A DNA stretch of 64,000 nt, from assembly GCF_032118995.1 (NCBI RefSeq), contig NC_092661.1, forward strand, positions 19,590,621 through 19,654,620. Direction: 5' to 3'. Made by a program: the position numbers and the translations under genes. This document shows, in pieces, positions 11,743 through 23,910 of this stretch (within the stretch, counting starts at the first letter, position 1; each line of letters begins with the position of its first letter). This stretch comes from Asterias amurensis. Lineage: Eukaryota. The notes beneath the pieces are model-generated. The model was given only the letters and a program-made list of their open reading frames with translations, had not been told where the DNA came from and made no database searches.

Positions 11743-13949
11743 CTTGTCGTTTTCTCTCTGTAATAGAATTAACAAAATAGGAAAAATACTAAATTAAATA
11801 TGATAATGTTAGCGTGAATGTTCATTTGTGTTGATAGTAAGATACAATTTAGGTAAACCTTTGATCACAACGGTGAAAATGTTTTCATACCTGACATTTG
11901 GACCGACACTTTGGTCTTCATCAGCAGGATGATGCTGATGTTGATTCCGTTACACACGATGAACATTACTATATTTATTATTATGTACATTACTGAAAAT
12001 ACTGTGTATGCTTCATAAATATGCGCATAACATTTGTGGTGTTATAGTCTTTCTGATTAAATTAATTAAATCCTAACACATGGTGCAACTATTTTTGTCT
12101 TTCAATTTTGTTGTGTTCTTTAAATGAACATAAATCAGGAGAACTTGCAACCAGCACTCTGTAGCCACGTACATTGTATTATTTAAACACGCACTTAACC
12201 CAACCCCTTTATCCATCTACGAACATACTTTCCCCAAACTAAAAAAGCTATATCGGTACAAAGTGATGAAATGCATTACCAACAAACCTGCCCCTTACAG
12301 TAGCAACAAGATGTGTTGTGTACTGCCCACTAATTATTCAAGCAGATTATTGATTCATTAAATTATTGGTTTGATAAAATATTAACAAAAAAATGCTGGT
12401 AGTTTTAATGAACACTTTTTCCATAGTTGACAATTGATATTATTTTAGTTGACACTACCACTTTACTATCTATTTGTTAAACAGGTGTTGACCACTCCCT
12501 TGCCAAACACTCATCTATACTGAACATCACTAAACTACAAAGATCAACATAGGCCTACCTCTTGAATGAATATCACAATTGCACTTAAATATCTAACCAC
12601 TTCCAATTAACTGCTCTCTGCTAACTCAATACATTGCTGCCGACTTGATAAATTCAAGATGGTTTTCCTTGATTGCTCCATACATTTAGATGTAAACAGT
12701 TTAACATGCAGAACTCAGCAATAAATTAACCCAGACAAGACAAACAATTCCTGTGTCGTTGTCTTGCTTCAAAGATTCCTTTTCAAAGCTACAATAGTCA
12801 TTGAAGGTCATGTGTGTCAACCTTTACAGCTTCATGTTCAAATGCTGCATAGAGACAATCAATCCAATGGAGGTACTAATTCATCACTATTTACAGCATG
12901 ATTCTAGTCTGTCACTTGGCAGTATGTACACATTGCTCCAAGATGTCATCCTATGACTCCACTGTTTACACAATAAAGGGTCTTTCAAAACATCCGGTTA
13001 TTCTGTCTTTATCGATGTAATTATACGGATGTCATGGCAACTGGATGACCGTAGCTATAAACTTGGGTGAAATAAATTCTTAATAGTAATTGTGGGGTGG
13101 GCTATTAGCGCTGCCAAACACTACAGGTATAAAATACTGGACGTCTGGTGTTTCTACAAGAACCTCTGTTACCATGACAATGCTTTATCAGATCATTAGG
13201 AAATGCATCCATATATTATTATGTGTACATCATGGTAGGTTTGTAACTATGGAAACCCTTAAGTACGGTATATTTTCTGGTTACTTTTCACATTGTTTGT
13301 TTATAGTGAGAAAAATATATAGGACCTTAAAATTTATGACATCATTTGGCAGACATATTTTATAAAGCATTGACCAACAAAATTTTAGTTTTATAAAATC
13401 TTATGCACAGAACTCTTAACTAAACCAATTTGATATTGTATAATGCAACAATGTGGTTCGAATTGTTAAAACAAATCTTAAATATTTTTGCATTTGACAT
13501 CACATGTTCTCTTTTTCTTCAGGAATAAACTCAATATTTTGTTTGAGGAAAGTATGGTCTGAGGAAAGGTCTAAGCACATTGATGCCAGTTTAAAATGAT
13601 ATGTATACATCATAAACAAGTATGAAAAGGAAAACTAATAATTATGTATATTAAATGTTTTTGTAATCATGGCAAATGCATCGCAAAAACCTAGCTGTAT
13701 AGATTCCTGTGCATGCATTATACCCAAACAATAAATATTTGCCAATACAAAAAAATAATTCCACTACTGATCCATCTACAGTTTGGTTTATTTTAATGGA
13801 TGCAAAACTGTTTGGGTACATGTATCTCTCTGTGCCTTTTCAAGTTTTTTTTGTGACATTATTTCCATGAAACATACTGTATCTTGTTGTGTATTTAAAA
13901 TCCAGAATAGACAATTTATATTACTTAACCAAGGAATTTTGGATGGAAC

Positions 13950-14030
13950 AAAGAGTCAGGAATGGAACCTGAAGGTCTCCAAATTAATGAGCCAGCACTC
14001 TACCAACTGAGCTATCTATCCCCACCTCCC
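13950..14030 (-). mobile_element. tRNA-derived SINE head (reverse complement reads gatagctcagttggtagagtgctggctcattaatttggagaccttcaggttccattcc)
   Basis: A- and B-box-like tRNA structure. Similar tRNA-like SINE heads lie at about 22900-22985 (-), 26098-26230, 28618-28690 (+), 31190-31295 (+), 32688-32770 (-), 36120-36250 and 15105-15330. Confidence 0.5.
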
Positions 14031-16743
14031 TGTTTTTGTCAGTATCTTTGTTTGAAATTATGCACATAATTTTTTTCACACATACATGACATTCACAAGA
14101 ATTTGTTTTAGACTCCCAGCCAGAGTTCTTTGTTATTGCAAGGTGTACTAAATTATTAAAAACAGCAGACCATGCCCAAACACAAAATGGTTTTTGTTTA
14201 CCAAGGCAGCAAATTACTAGCCTTTGTTCTCAAATTGTGCGTGCATGATTTATAAGCAACATGGTTAAAGAGTCTTGCACACACTTATTTATAACTGATA
14301 ACTTGTAAGACACAAATTTATAAAGTGGTTGGATATACGTTATCTTGAACATGCAAGCCAATTGAATTTCAAAAAGGGAAAGCTTTGTTCTTTTTTTTCT
14401 GCCTTTAAAGCATGATGCTCACATTGTTTAAAAGACAGCATTAAATAAAAGCACAATATTTTTTTTTGCTTTTATAAATGTTGTATTTCTTTACATCAAT
14501 CATTCAGAAGGAGCAAACTTGTAAGAGAAAATTAACATTATCAAATTAAGTGAACTTCTTACATGATCTTTCAAAGTAAGGTAGGTGATTGCATAGGTTA
14601 TGGGAGTGCAAACAAGAGAGAAATAAGATACTGCTATTCCTTGAAAAGTGTTCTTCAAAGTGGGGGTAAAATGCGATGAAGAAGAAAAGAAACAGCTAGG
14701 AATGAAACTAAACCTATATGGCCCAAAACAGAGCAAACTAGAGCAAGCATTGCAGCCTTAGGGACCACTCAGTCCTATGAGGGGTACATGTGTAGGTGAA
14801 GATGAAGTGGAACACCTTTCTGGTTTATGTTAATAATATACACAAACTTGAGGCACTCTATCTACAAATGCATTCAATGACTAAACATTTCTAAAGTGTT
14901 GGTTCTAAGGCATTAATTCCCAATTCAAATAGGTGTAACAGCCTCATGTTTCAATCCTGTGTTTTACAGTCTATAATAGAAACAAGCACTGTTCAAAGAC
15001 AGTTATATTCCAGAGGATTAATTGATAAGTTGTATCATTCCTTATTCATATTATTCATCAAAATCTCTTTTCTCACTATGATTTCAAAAAAACTCATCAA
15101 ATTCATATCGCACGGTGAGCGTGTTGTGGCAGAGCAATATAGCGCACCAGAGTCAAGCTCTGTGGTTCTGATCAGCAGAGTGTAGGTTCAAGTCCTGCTC
15201 TTTACCATGTAGGTTCCATGTTCTTTCTTGACTTCTGGCAAAGAGAAGGGGTTTTGCCCTGCTGTTTTTGGCATGATTAGCTCTATGGATTGTGCTGTGA
15301 TCACTTTGTAAAACCCTACAAGGTCCCATGTGAATGGATCTCATAAGTCTTTAAGAAACCGTAAAAACCCCTCTGAGACACAAGCTTTAGTTAAAGCGCA
15401 GTAGGCCTATAAAACAAACTCAAATTAACAAATCCGTAGCAATTTTGATGCAAATGGAGCCCTCTGTCTTGTTAGTATGAAACATTATACTCCTGTGTAC
15501 ATTCTAAAAACAATGAAGTTTCTTTTTAAGTGTACACAATAAAATATAGATAATGTGTTTGACAGCTCTTAATGATTAAATTAGCTCCCAACAATGTACA
15601 TCTGCAACTCATTCAAGCACAAAACATTTCATACAGTGTACAAATAAATTGGAAGACATTTAAGGTATATTTGTTTAAAAGATTCCCAAAGCATGATAGA
15701 GGCATTTGATAAACTACCAGCCAAAGATACAAAACTGTCAATAAACTAAACATCCATCTGACCCAGCAGAAAAAAATTAATGATTAAAATTAAATACATT
15801 GCGATTTAACTGCAGAATTCTCCATAAAATTAAATGAAAGCATTCAGAAAAAAAATTCCTCCACTTTAATTACAAATTGATTTTAAAGTGAATTGGCAAA
15901 CTTGCTGTATTTTTGTTATCACCTAACCCACTATTCTCCCAATAAACAGTCATGACGGGAGGATGGCGGGTTAAAATAAATGCCACGTATTGTAGAAGGC
16001 TCATAATTTTAGTAACTACATGTACTACTGGTTGCTCAAGAGAATTTTTAATAAAGGAAATGAAGTCTAACATTAATCAAACAGCAATCTCAACAAGTGG
16101 ACGTTGTTATTTGTTTAGTAAGTTCTGTGGGCAAATTTTGGAGTGTAAGAATGCCTGAATCTAATTGAAAATCACTTTTGCGGCGTGAATTTTCTAAAAT
16201 AATTTAAAGTTCAATGAGAGTACGAAAAACTTTATTGGCTACCAATAAGAGAACGCATCCATTCTTGTTTTCCCATGTTTGTTTATAAATGCTTGAACAA
16301 CACTACACCTTGTTATGATACTTCCACTTTACTGTCACATTACACTCCTCCACGATTACTTCGACCCACACTTCTCAACACTTGCATCAAATTTCTAGGT
16401 CAAAAAGCTTTCAGTTTGATGTTAATTTGTTTTTTTACACTGTGCAAAGTTTCTCAAATTTTACACTCCTTAAACTGGTTCTAATCTCACATAGTCCATG
16501 TTTTATATTATTTCTTGTTTAAGCTGCCAACTTTAGTGTACATAGACATGTTTTATTTATAGTTTACTTTCCCATCTCTTTGTACATACATTGTTTAATA
16601 CATATTTTATTACTCATTTTATTTGTACATTACAACCAGATGTGGGGAGGCAGGTCTATGGACCACAGTAATTATTTTGCTTTTGTTTCTCCTAGCCCAT
16701 CTGGAAGTATTTGTTGTATTGTCATGTATTGTTGAAATGGCTG

Positions 16744-16759
16744 AATAAATAATAATAAT

Positions 16760-16790
<31 letters not shown>
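16744..16790. repeat. (AAT)n microsatellite
   Basis: aataataataatattaataataataataataataataataat. Confidence 0.9.
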
Positions 16791-16794
<4 letters not shown>

Positions 16795-17859
16795 AGACAG
16801 ACTTAAGATCCTCAAACTACCATCACTAGCATATTTCAGACAGAGGGCTGATCTTCTTCAAGTATACAAAATCATGCACGGATGAGGCTATAGAGAAGCA
16901 TGATATGTTTGAAACAATTGAAGAATCCACAACAAGGGGACACAGGCTCAAAATAAGGAACCCCACTGCAAATCTAAGTAAGATGAGGCAGATGTGTTTC
17001 TCAGAGCGGAGCATAAAGAGTTAGTTGAAATAACCTTCCTGAAGTCGCCATTAATGCCTAATCAATCAATAAGTTCAAGTCAGAACAGTCAGAACATGAA
17101 AATCATTGAAAGCACCACTCGCTAAAATACTGCCCTTTACCAACGTGAACCCAACGCAGTAAAGAGGGGCACATAAGCTGAACCTTCAAGCCTAAACACT
17201 AAAGTAAACCAAAGTATTGTAGCCTGGGATATAGCAAACTTTTTAAGACACACTCTGGGAAGCCACTGCAGAGGGATTACTTTAAAGGGAAGGTACACGT
17301 TTGGTAATTACTCAAAACAAATATTTACTTAAAAACTGACTAGCTGTTGATAGTATAAAACATTGTGGGAAACGACTCCCTCTAAAGTATTATGTTTTTT
17401 GAGAAAGAGGTAATTTCTCACTAAAATAATAAAAGACTTCCTAGAAAGTAGTCCTTTATTCCTATCTGAAAGCACACAAATTCGCCCAACAGGGGTGTTT
17501 TTTCTTTCATAGTTTTCTTCAACTGCGATGATCTATTGAGCCCAAATTTTCACAGGCTTGTTATTTTATGCTTATGATGGGATACTCCAAGTGAGAACAC
17601 TGGTCTTTGACAGTCTTTGACAATTACCAAACGCGTACAGTGCCTTAATAAGGGGAGGTGACTTTTTAATTCAAATACTTATAAACCAAGTTGCATTCTA
17701 TATGGGAGGGTCAACAGTTTAAAACTAATATTAATGTCACTTACTTATAAATAATACCTCTTAGCTGCAGTCAGTGCTTTAGATATTTAAATAAATAACC
17801 TTTTTAAAGTTGATGTGTAAAAAATAATATTTTGTCAACTTCCTTCATTATCGTAGCGT

Positions 17860-18260
17860 CATGCGTTATCGACCCTCCTGTTTTCGAACCCCAACTTTTA
17901 TTTCCGTTTACCGCGAGATTGTGCAAGCTGCACCAGTGACAGAAGCTATGCAGCCATACTAGTTTCTGAATATTCAATAAAATAAAAAAACCTGGACTCA
18001 CACAGTCACACCTTTCCATTGATGCGCCCACTGGCATGAGGAATAGACCTTAATGCATTGACGTCATCCAGCGGCCATCATTCATAGTGGAAAAACGATG
18101 ACGAAACAATCGAAACGCACAGATTTGTATGCGCGGCGCACAGGATCGGCCAATGAACAAGCTCCTCGGCCAATGAACAACCTCCTTTTGACCTCTAGGT
18201 GAGACGCCCTACTGAAATGACGTCATTTGCATAAGGTCTATTGAGCTAAACACTAAAAAC
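17860..18260. promoter_or_regulatory. CpG-rich putative TATA-less bidirectional promoter with two tandem CCAAT boxes and two CRE/ATF palindromes
   Basis: The direct repeat tcggCCAATgaacaa occurs twice (CCAAT at 18150-18154 and 18170-18174). TGACGTCA lies at 18059-18066 and 18218-18225. This is the only CpG-dense patch between the divergent REV3L (-) and PARP4 (+) genes. Candidate splice donors for noncoding first exons lie on both sides: the minus-strand donor GACTGT|gtgagtcc spans about 17990-18004 (boundary near 17997), and the plus-strand donor AAATAG|gtaaaa is near 18296. Confidence 0.4.
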
Positions 18261-19254
18261 AGCTAAACAGGGAAACTGAACCAAATAAAAAAATAGGTAA
18301 AACTAAATTAAATGAAATAAGCAATATTTACACAGTTAATTTATCTCAAGAAACATCAGCAGATTGGACCAAATATAGAATAACAGTAAAGTAGATATAT
18401 TACCTTTTAGGAAATGCAACAGATCATCAAAAATCACAAAGTTGCTGACATTTTTTCAGTAGAAATTGAGGATAATGTCGACACACCTCGCTAACTTCCC
18501 TGAAAAGTTGTTGAGAAGAAATGCATTTAATAAACAGTCTGTGCCTGTGAAAAAAGGGTTAAGAATTATATGCAACTCTATGAGGAAAAGACACACGATT
18601 GCAATTTTATGCATTCTTTTGGGACTGGGTGCCAAACTAGCAAACATGGCAAAGAGGGCGCCCTAACCAAAACAAGGTCTTTAAAACATAAATTTAAACT
18701 TCATTCAGTCTGCTGTGGTGTTTGATACCGCCACAGAATCTCAAAAACACTTTCCTTCTACTTTTTGTAGTGAATGTTAGTTGTATTAATGAAATAATTA
18801 ACTTTGATTTTATTTGTAAGCTCTTTTTTTTGTAACAAAAAGTTTATTTAATTACTTTATCAACTAATTTAAAATATATAAATTTGAACAAACTACTTGT
18901 GTTGCCTAAACTTGTCTAGTTCTAAATACGGATCAACACAAATAACAGGCGTAACGTAATGTCTTAAAATATACCACAAGAGTTTTACTTTTTAATACCC
19001 AAACCCTAGCTTTTCAGCAATGTGCTTCCTCCTCCCCCTAGTTTGAACTATTCCCTGTTGTAGTTCTGATTTGTACACAAACCTGGCTGTGGCTGTTGGA
19101 CTGTGCCTGTCAGTGAGAGACTGAATCTGAAGCCGACATGCAAGGGTAAGGGAAATGCTTGCCCTTGGCTTGGCCTTGCTTGACTTCTTGAGTCAATGCC
19201 TAGCCCTAGCCCTGGCGGCCTTACACTTTCGTTTTGTACTACAGTGACGTCCTG

Positions 19255-19865
19255 GACATCAGGGTACATTTCTGGGGCGGAAAATTTTCACAGCTTCATA
19301 ACTGAAATCTTACCTGCAACAAACCACTATTAATTTCAACAGATTCACACTCCATGGCAGCAAATATTTTTCTGCGGTGGGTTTTGATCGCCATATATTC
19401 TTCATATAAATCCGTCATTTTCATGAAATAATGCAGCTCCCAACGTTAAGAAATTCAATTTTGTTTTTGACTCTCACAGTGTCGTGTGTACGCAAGACGC
19501 ACGATGCGCAAATATTTCGTTTGCGTTTGCGTGTTTACGCTTTGCAGTCAAGATAATGGTGACCAAGAATTCATGAGAATGCGTCTTGCATCATGCGTCT
19601 TGCACGCGAATGTATACGCGTACGCACGGCAACAGACAACACTGTGAGGAAACGATCAAAACGGGAATTTGTTAACGTTGGGAGCTGCATTATTTCACGA
19701 AAATGACGGATTTGTGAGGAATATATGAGGACCAAAACCCACCTCAGAAAAATGTATGGCGCCATAGAATGTGAATCTGTTGAAATTAGTGGCTTGTTGC
19801 AGGTAAGATTTAAGTTATGAAGCTGTGAAATTTTTTCGCCCCAGAAACGGGCCTCAATAGTTAGG
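19255..19865. mobile_element. large foldback element (inverted arms of about 200 bp each) with a CpG-rich repetitive core
   Basis: The left arm (tctggggcggaaaattttcacagcttcataactgaaatcttacctgcaacaaaccactattaatttcaacagattcacac...) is the reverse complement of the right arm (...gtgaatctgttgaaattagtggcttgttgcaggtaagatttaagttatgaagctgtgaaattttttcgccccagaaa). The core at 19470-19670 carries gcgtttgcgtttgcgtg / cgtcttgcatcatgcgtcttgcacgcg sub-repeats. Confidence 0.7.
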
Positions 19866-19899
19866 ACTTGATGATGCCGTGTATTTATATGGTGCATCA

Positions 19900-20560
19900 G
19901 ATCTAGTTGCGATAAGGTAATCCTCATGCCGATGGCGTAGCCAGAGGCCTGGCGGCCGTCGGCATGGTTGGGGGGGAGGAGGGTTACGTTATAATTGCAA
20001 CTATATCAGATCATGATTCATGTATAAAAAATGTCGTAATAGTGTGTAAACTTAATAACCACTATAATTTTGGTGCAGACTTCTTTAAAAAAACTCCACC
20101 AAAATTACCTTTATTCTAATCTAATATTAATAAACAGTACAAATCAGTATTGGCCCAATCAAAACTTGTGTTAACAATAAAAAATGAACATGCATCATAA
20201 CAACATCCACATCGATTAATTAATTAATTAGTTATAATGAATTGGGCAATTGTTGCTAATTTAATTCTGCCAATCGAGCACGCTGATTGCAAACACTCGA
20301 CCATTGTTCGAGGTAGTGGCTGGGTTTATTACCGGCACCCACTTTTTACGAAAAAGCCACCAAATCTTCTAAGTTTTAGCACCTACTTTTTGACGTGTAT
20401 ACTTACAATACTAAGGCCATGTCCGAATTGGCGGCTACAGATATGCGTTGAGGTATAGGTCGTCCAATAATTGTAACCATAGTAGTTGCGATAACGTAAC
20501 CCTCCTCCTGACGGCGTAGCTTCACCATCGGGAGGAGGGTTATGTTATCGCAACTAATGA
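19900..20560. mobile_element. pair of related about 80-100 bp hairpin elements (19900-19998 and 20487-20560) flanking an AT-rich segment; possibly the termini of one about 660 bp nonautonomous element
   Basis: Both are internal palindromes sharing tagttgcgataa(g/c)gtaa(t/c)cctc...ggaggagggtta(c/t)gttat(aatt/c)gcaact. Confidence 0.45.
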
Positions 20561-20716
20561 CCTTGCTGATGTCATTAAATGTGGTTTTGAAGTCAACGCC
20601 AAGAACAGACATTGATTCAGCTAGAAGAAGTCACTGAAGGGTTCTGTGGGTGCACAGGAAAATTTAGACAACCGTGGGTAATTTTCTGCGCTTCATTTAT
20701 GATTTTTTTTTTGCAG

Positions 20717-20848
20717 ATGGGTTTGTTCAGTCAGCATCAGTTTGTTCTGGATTTAGACTGTACTCAATTCCCTTATAAGAAAAAACAACAACTCAGGAAA
20801 GCTGTCACAGATAATGGAGGAGTCATCTCATATATCCTCACCAAGAAG
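20717..20848 (+). CDS. PARP4: PARP4 exon 1 (start codon, BRCT N-term)
   Basis: ATG follows ttgcag. Encodes MGLFSQHQFVLDLDCTQFPYKKKQQLRKAVTDNGGVISYILTKK. Donor AAG|gtaaga. Confidence 0.8.
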
Positions 20849-21264
20849 GTAAGACTAGAGTAATATCTTATTGAGCTCTTGTAAAGAGCTTCAGGGGACC
20901 CACAACGACTCTGACCCGTCATAGGTTGAATGATATATGTGGAGAGAAGATGATGAAGAAATGCCCGTTTGATTAGTTTTGTGGGAGGAAAACCAAACAA
21001 AAGTAGGACTATAAAATATACTTTCTGCTGAGATTAAGAAACAGTCGTTTACAGATTAAATATATTCATATTTTTACAATTATTTTGTCATGCACTTGTG
21101 TACATTATATGGAATGGGCGCAATATAAATGAATAAATCATTATTAAATGGATAAATTATAATTTTTTAAGGAAAGGGGGATGGAAACTTCTTTATTACT
21201 TTGTACGCATTGCATTGACTGTATTTAAAGCTGAACCTTTTCCACAATCTTATTGTCTTTACAG

Positions 21265-21463
21265 ACATCCTTCTTAGTTGCCAGCAATGGAGCCAAGACA
21301 GCTGACTCTTATAAAGGTCGCACTGCCCAGAAGCAAGGGGTTCCCATTGTTGGAGTCAGCTTTATAGAGAAATGTGTAGAGGAGGGACGCTTGCTGGACA
21401 AAGATAACTTCCTATTGGTTGGCACTACTGCAAACATGCAGTTTGGCTCAGGCAAAATCACAA
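21265..21463 (+). CDS. PARP4: PARP4 exon 2 (BRCT)
   Basis: Acceptor tctttacag|ACATCC, donor ATCACAA|gtgaga. Encodes TSFLVASNGAKTADSYKGRTAQKQGVPIVGVSFIEKCVEEGRLLDKDNFLLVGTTANMQFGSGKIT. Confidence 0.8.
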
Positions 21464-21618
21464 GTGAGAAACACTGCTCCAAATTATTATCTTAAATACT
21501 GTAACAACTGATATCTGTTGAATACTTGAGAATGTTGTTTGGTCGAACTGTCAAAGTTGTATCTCATCAGTTTCGCTTTTCTAATCTTTGTTACTGGTTT
21601 TATTTCATCAATCAACAG

Positions 21619-21685
21619 CAACCAAGACGCATCATGAAACAAAGAAGCCAGTCAAAATATCCTTTTTCAACATCAACAAGTTCAA
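21619..21685 (+). CDS. PARP4: PARP4 exon 3
   Basis: Acceptor atcaacag|CAACC, donor TTCAA|gtgagt. Phase-consistent with neighbours. Confidence 0.65.
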
Positions 21686-21768
21686 GTGAGTATACTTGTC
21701 TTTGATTAACACTTAACCAAACTTGTTTAAATACAAAAAATTATTTGATTTAACTAAGAGAGTTTTGC

Positions 21769-21875
21769 AGTAACATCATGTGAAAATCTATTTTTAATTG
21801 TGTTGGCTCTGAAAAAAAGGTTACTAACACTACATAAAAGAGATATTCACATGGTGTTACTGCAAACCTCTCTTA
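21769..21875. mobile_element. hairpin MITE (ttgcagtaacatcatgtgaa...ttcacatggtgttactgcaa) in PARP4 intron 3; the same terminal motif occurs at about 8995-9065 and about 10036-10110
   Basis: Inverted termini read directly. The shared aacaccatgtaatgactatc(a/t)ctaatgagttggggtggttctgaaaagaaccattggtttcaactc block creates identical pseudo-ORF peptides (VETNGSFQNHPNS) at the two REV3L intron sites. Confidence 0.55.
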
Positions 21876-21959
21876 GTCATTCTTTCACCATGCAAAGTTT
21901 CAAATCCTACTTATTTTATTAAGATATTTATTGATGCTGATTTTCAATTTATTGCTTAG

Positions 21960-22038
21960 GGTCTGGCAGTGGGGAAACATCAATTCACCAGCTTTCCTTG
22001 AGGACAACTATGAAGTGGCTAAAAGTGTTCTTTTTGAG
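21960..22038 (+). CDS. PARP4: PARP4 exon 4
   Basis: Acceptor ttgcttag|GGTCTGG, donor TTTGAG|gtaaat. Encodes VWQWGNINSPAFLEDNYEVAKSVLFE. Confidence 0.65.
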
Positions 22039-22445
22039 GTAAATTAAATATGAAGTAATTTACATCCAAATAATTTTATACAATTAGATATCTAACTTCT
22101 TAGGCAAGACTACGCTCTCTGACAATGAGAATAATTTTCAGGGCTACAGACAAACAATTACAGTGGAATGGAATATGTCTTGTTTTGGCCAAAATGTGCA
22201 AAACAGTTTAAATTATATTTGCACTTTTGCTTTATTTGTCATTAACCAGTGAGATCAGGGTTGGCAGACCCCTTCCTCAGACACCCTCCCCCCTCCCCCT
22301 CAAAAAATGAAACAAAAATATGCAAAAATAAATAGCTCGATACATTAACTAGCCTGCTTAGATGATGTCTTTACACTGCTCGCTCCCCCCCCCCCCCCCA
22401 ACCAAGTGAAAATGGTTATACCACTGTAATTTATGTTGTTTCCAG

Positions 22446-22604
22446 AAGAAAGAAGTCCGAAGCCAAGAGAGATCTTTCTACCAGCTTGAGTTACATGTCA
22501 TTCCTGATGATGTGTTTGATGGAACTTCAACAGAAATTTACAACGATGAATTGAAGTATAGATTCAGGGTGTTCATCCATAGAGGGGATCTACATGATGT
22601 GATG
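22446..22604 (+). CDS. PARP4: PARP4 exon 5
   Basis: Acceptor tgtttccag|AAGAAAG, donor GTGATG|gtaggt. Encodes KKEVRSQERSFYQLELHVIPDDVFDGTSTEIYNDELKYRFRVFIHRGDLHDVM. Confidence 0.65.
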
Positions 22605-23769
22605 GTAGGTAGCTTTAATGCAACACGCCCATGAGGTCCATAAGAACATAGCCAGGTGGCTGGGGGTTTAGGAAGGAGGTAGTCCTGAACCACTACCTGA
22701 ACCTCTCTCAGCATGTGTCTTCTTAATCCCAGAAACAAATGTTCTCCCTCTCTGCTGGGATCATGTCCCAGTTGGGTTTGAAAAGTGTGGTTAAAAATAT
22801 TGCTACGGAAGGGTGGCAGCTAATACATGTAATAGGCAAAAAACTCAAGTGTTTTGGTGTTTCCCAGAGTGTTAACATATTTTAGGTAACTGTAAGGGCA
22901 CAAGTGTCATGACTGGGTATCGAACCCAAACTCTAATGCTGACAACACCAAAGCTTGGATCTGGTGAACTATACCACTTGGCCATATCATTGTTGAGATT
23001 AAGACATAAACTATGTCGATGTTTTTTTTTATATAGAATGAGGATTCCGGCATTCGAGAAGTCATGTATTGTGAGTCAAGTGAGTCTGCAGTGGAGTTAT
23101 ATAGCTTTCTTTATAATCAGCGTCTCAAAATGAAAAGGAGTAAGAGGCTAGCATCAAGATGGATTGGATCTCCACGATACAGACAGGTGATTTAAGATTT
23201 CATTCTTATCAAGATGTATGTTGCTGGGGGGGGGGGCCTTGGGGAGGCACCTACTAAAACAAATATTGTTGGTTTTGTTTTGTTTTTTACTTACTTTCTT
23301 TTACAATAATGGCAATCTTGCCATGCAAGTGCCCTATGGCTATTGCTAAAACCACATAAAAAGTGCTGAGATTCTCAAAAGCAATAAAGTGAGTGAAGAT
23401 ACACTATCCTCTAAGCCTGTCCTTGGGTACCATGGACACCACTTTTGAGATGAGTTCAGTTTTTTCAATTTAAGAGCATCACAGTCCGGGTTTAGTTTTT
23501 TGGCTGCATTTTGATCTTCCAGAGCCTTTGAATATTTTGAAAACCACAAAGAGGCTGAAAATGCCTGATTCATTGATATTGGTACATGTAGATCAAGCAA
23601 GGCTTATCAACTGGAGGATGAAGGTTTTTCCCCCTGTTCTGTTTCATGCTCATCCAAAAATATGCTTACTTTAAGCTCAACTGAAAAAGGGAAGAGAGTG
23701 ACCCCATTTGGCTATTTAGAGGCAGACTTAAGCCTAAACCACATTTGTTCTTACTTATTTTTTGTTTAG

Positions 23770-23910
23770 AATCAACTAGCAATCTCAGGAGATTGTGACG
23801 GAGAGATGAGCCCAGAGGTTGCTTCACTTGTGGAAGGTTTATGGAAGGAGGTCATAGGTGAACTAGAAGATGTCTTAGCGGTAGACATCAAGACTCTTTC
23901 TGCTGAAAAG
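23770..23910 (+). CDS. PARP4: PARP4 exon 6
   Basis: Acceptor tttgtttag|AATCAAC, donor GAAAAG|gttcgt. Encodes ...SPEVASLVEGLWKEVIGELEDVLAVDIKTLSAEK. Confidence 0.7.

Larger units (their letters stand above)
1..11757 (-). other. REV3L: gene span: REV3L-like (DNA polymerase zeta catalytic subunit), 5' portion; continues beyond position 1
   Basis: Fourteen minus-strand exons with canonical GT-AG boundaries and consistent phases. The N-terminal peptide MFSVRIVTVNYYQGQP...VLRIFGATPAG/QKTCLHIHGVFPYIYIG.../PMYGYHSRSRRFLKVYFYNPFMVKR/AVELLQSGAVMNKVFQPHEAHIPYILQ/FLIDYNLFGMNLIHLAAVKFR matches the REV3L N-terminus. A giant unstructured exon follows, as in vertebrate REV3L. Confidence 0.85.

Noticed and set aside
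12000-17800. Scattered 60-90-aa ORFs in the REV3L-PARP4 intergenic region (13090..13365, 13783..14010, 14500..14736, 14946..15185, 15870..16158, 16275..16484)
   Set aside because: They are AT-rich, with no codon-bias shift, no flanking GT-AG partners giving a consistent frame, and no recognisable domain. Several overlap SINE/MITE fragments.
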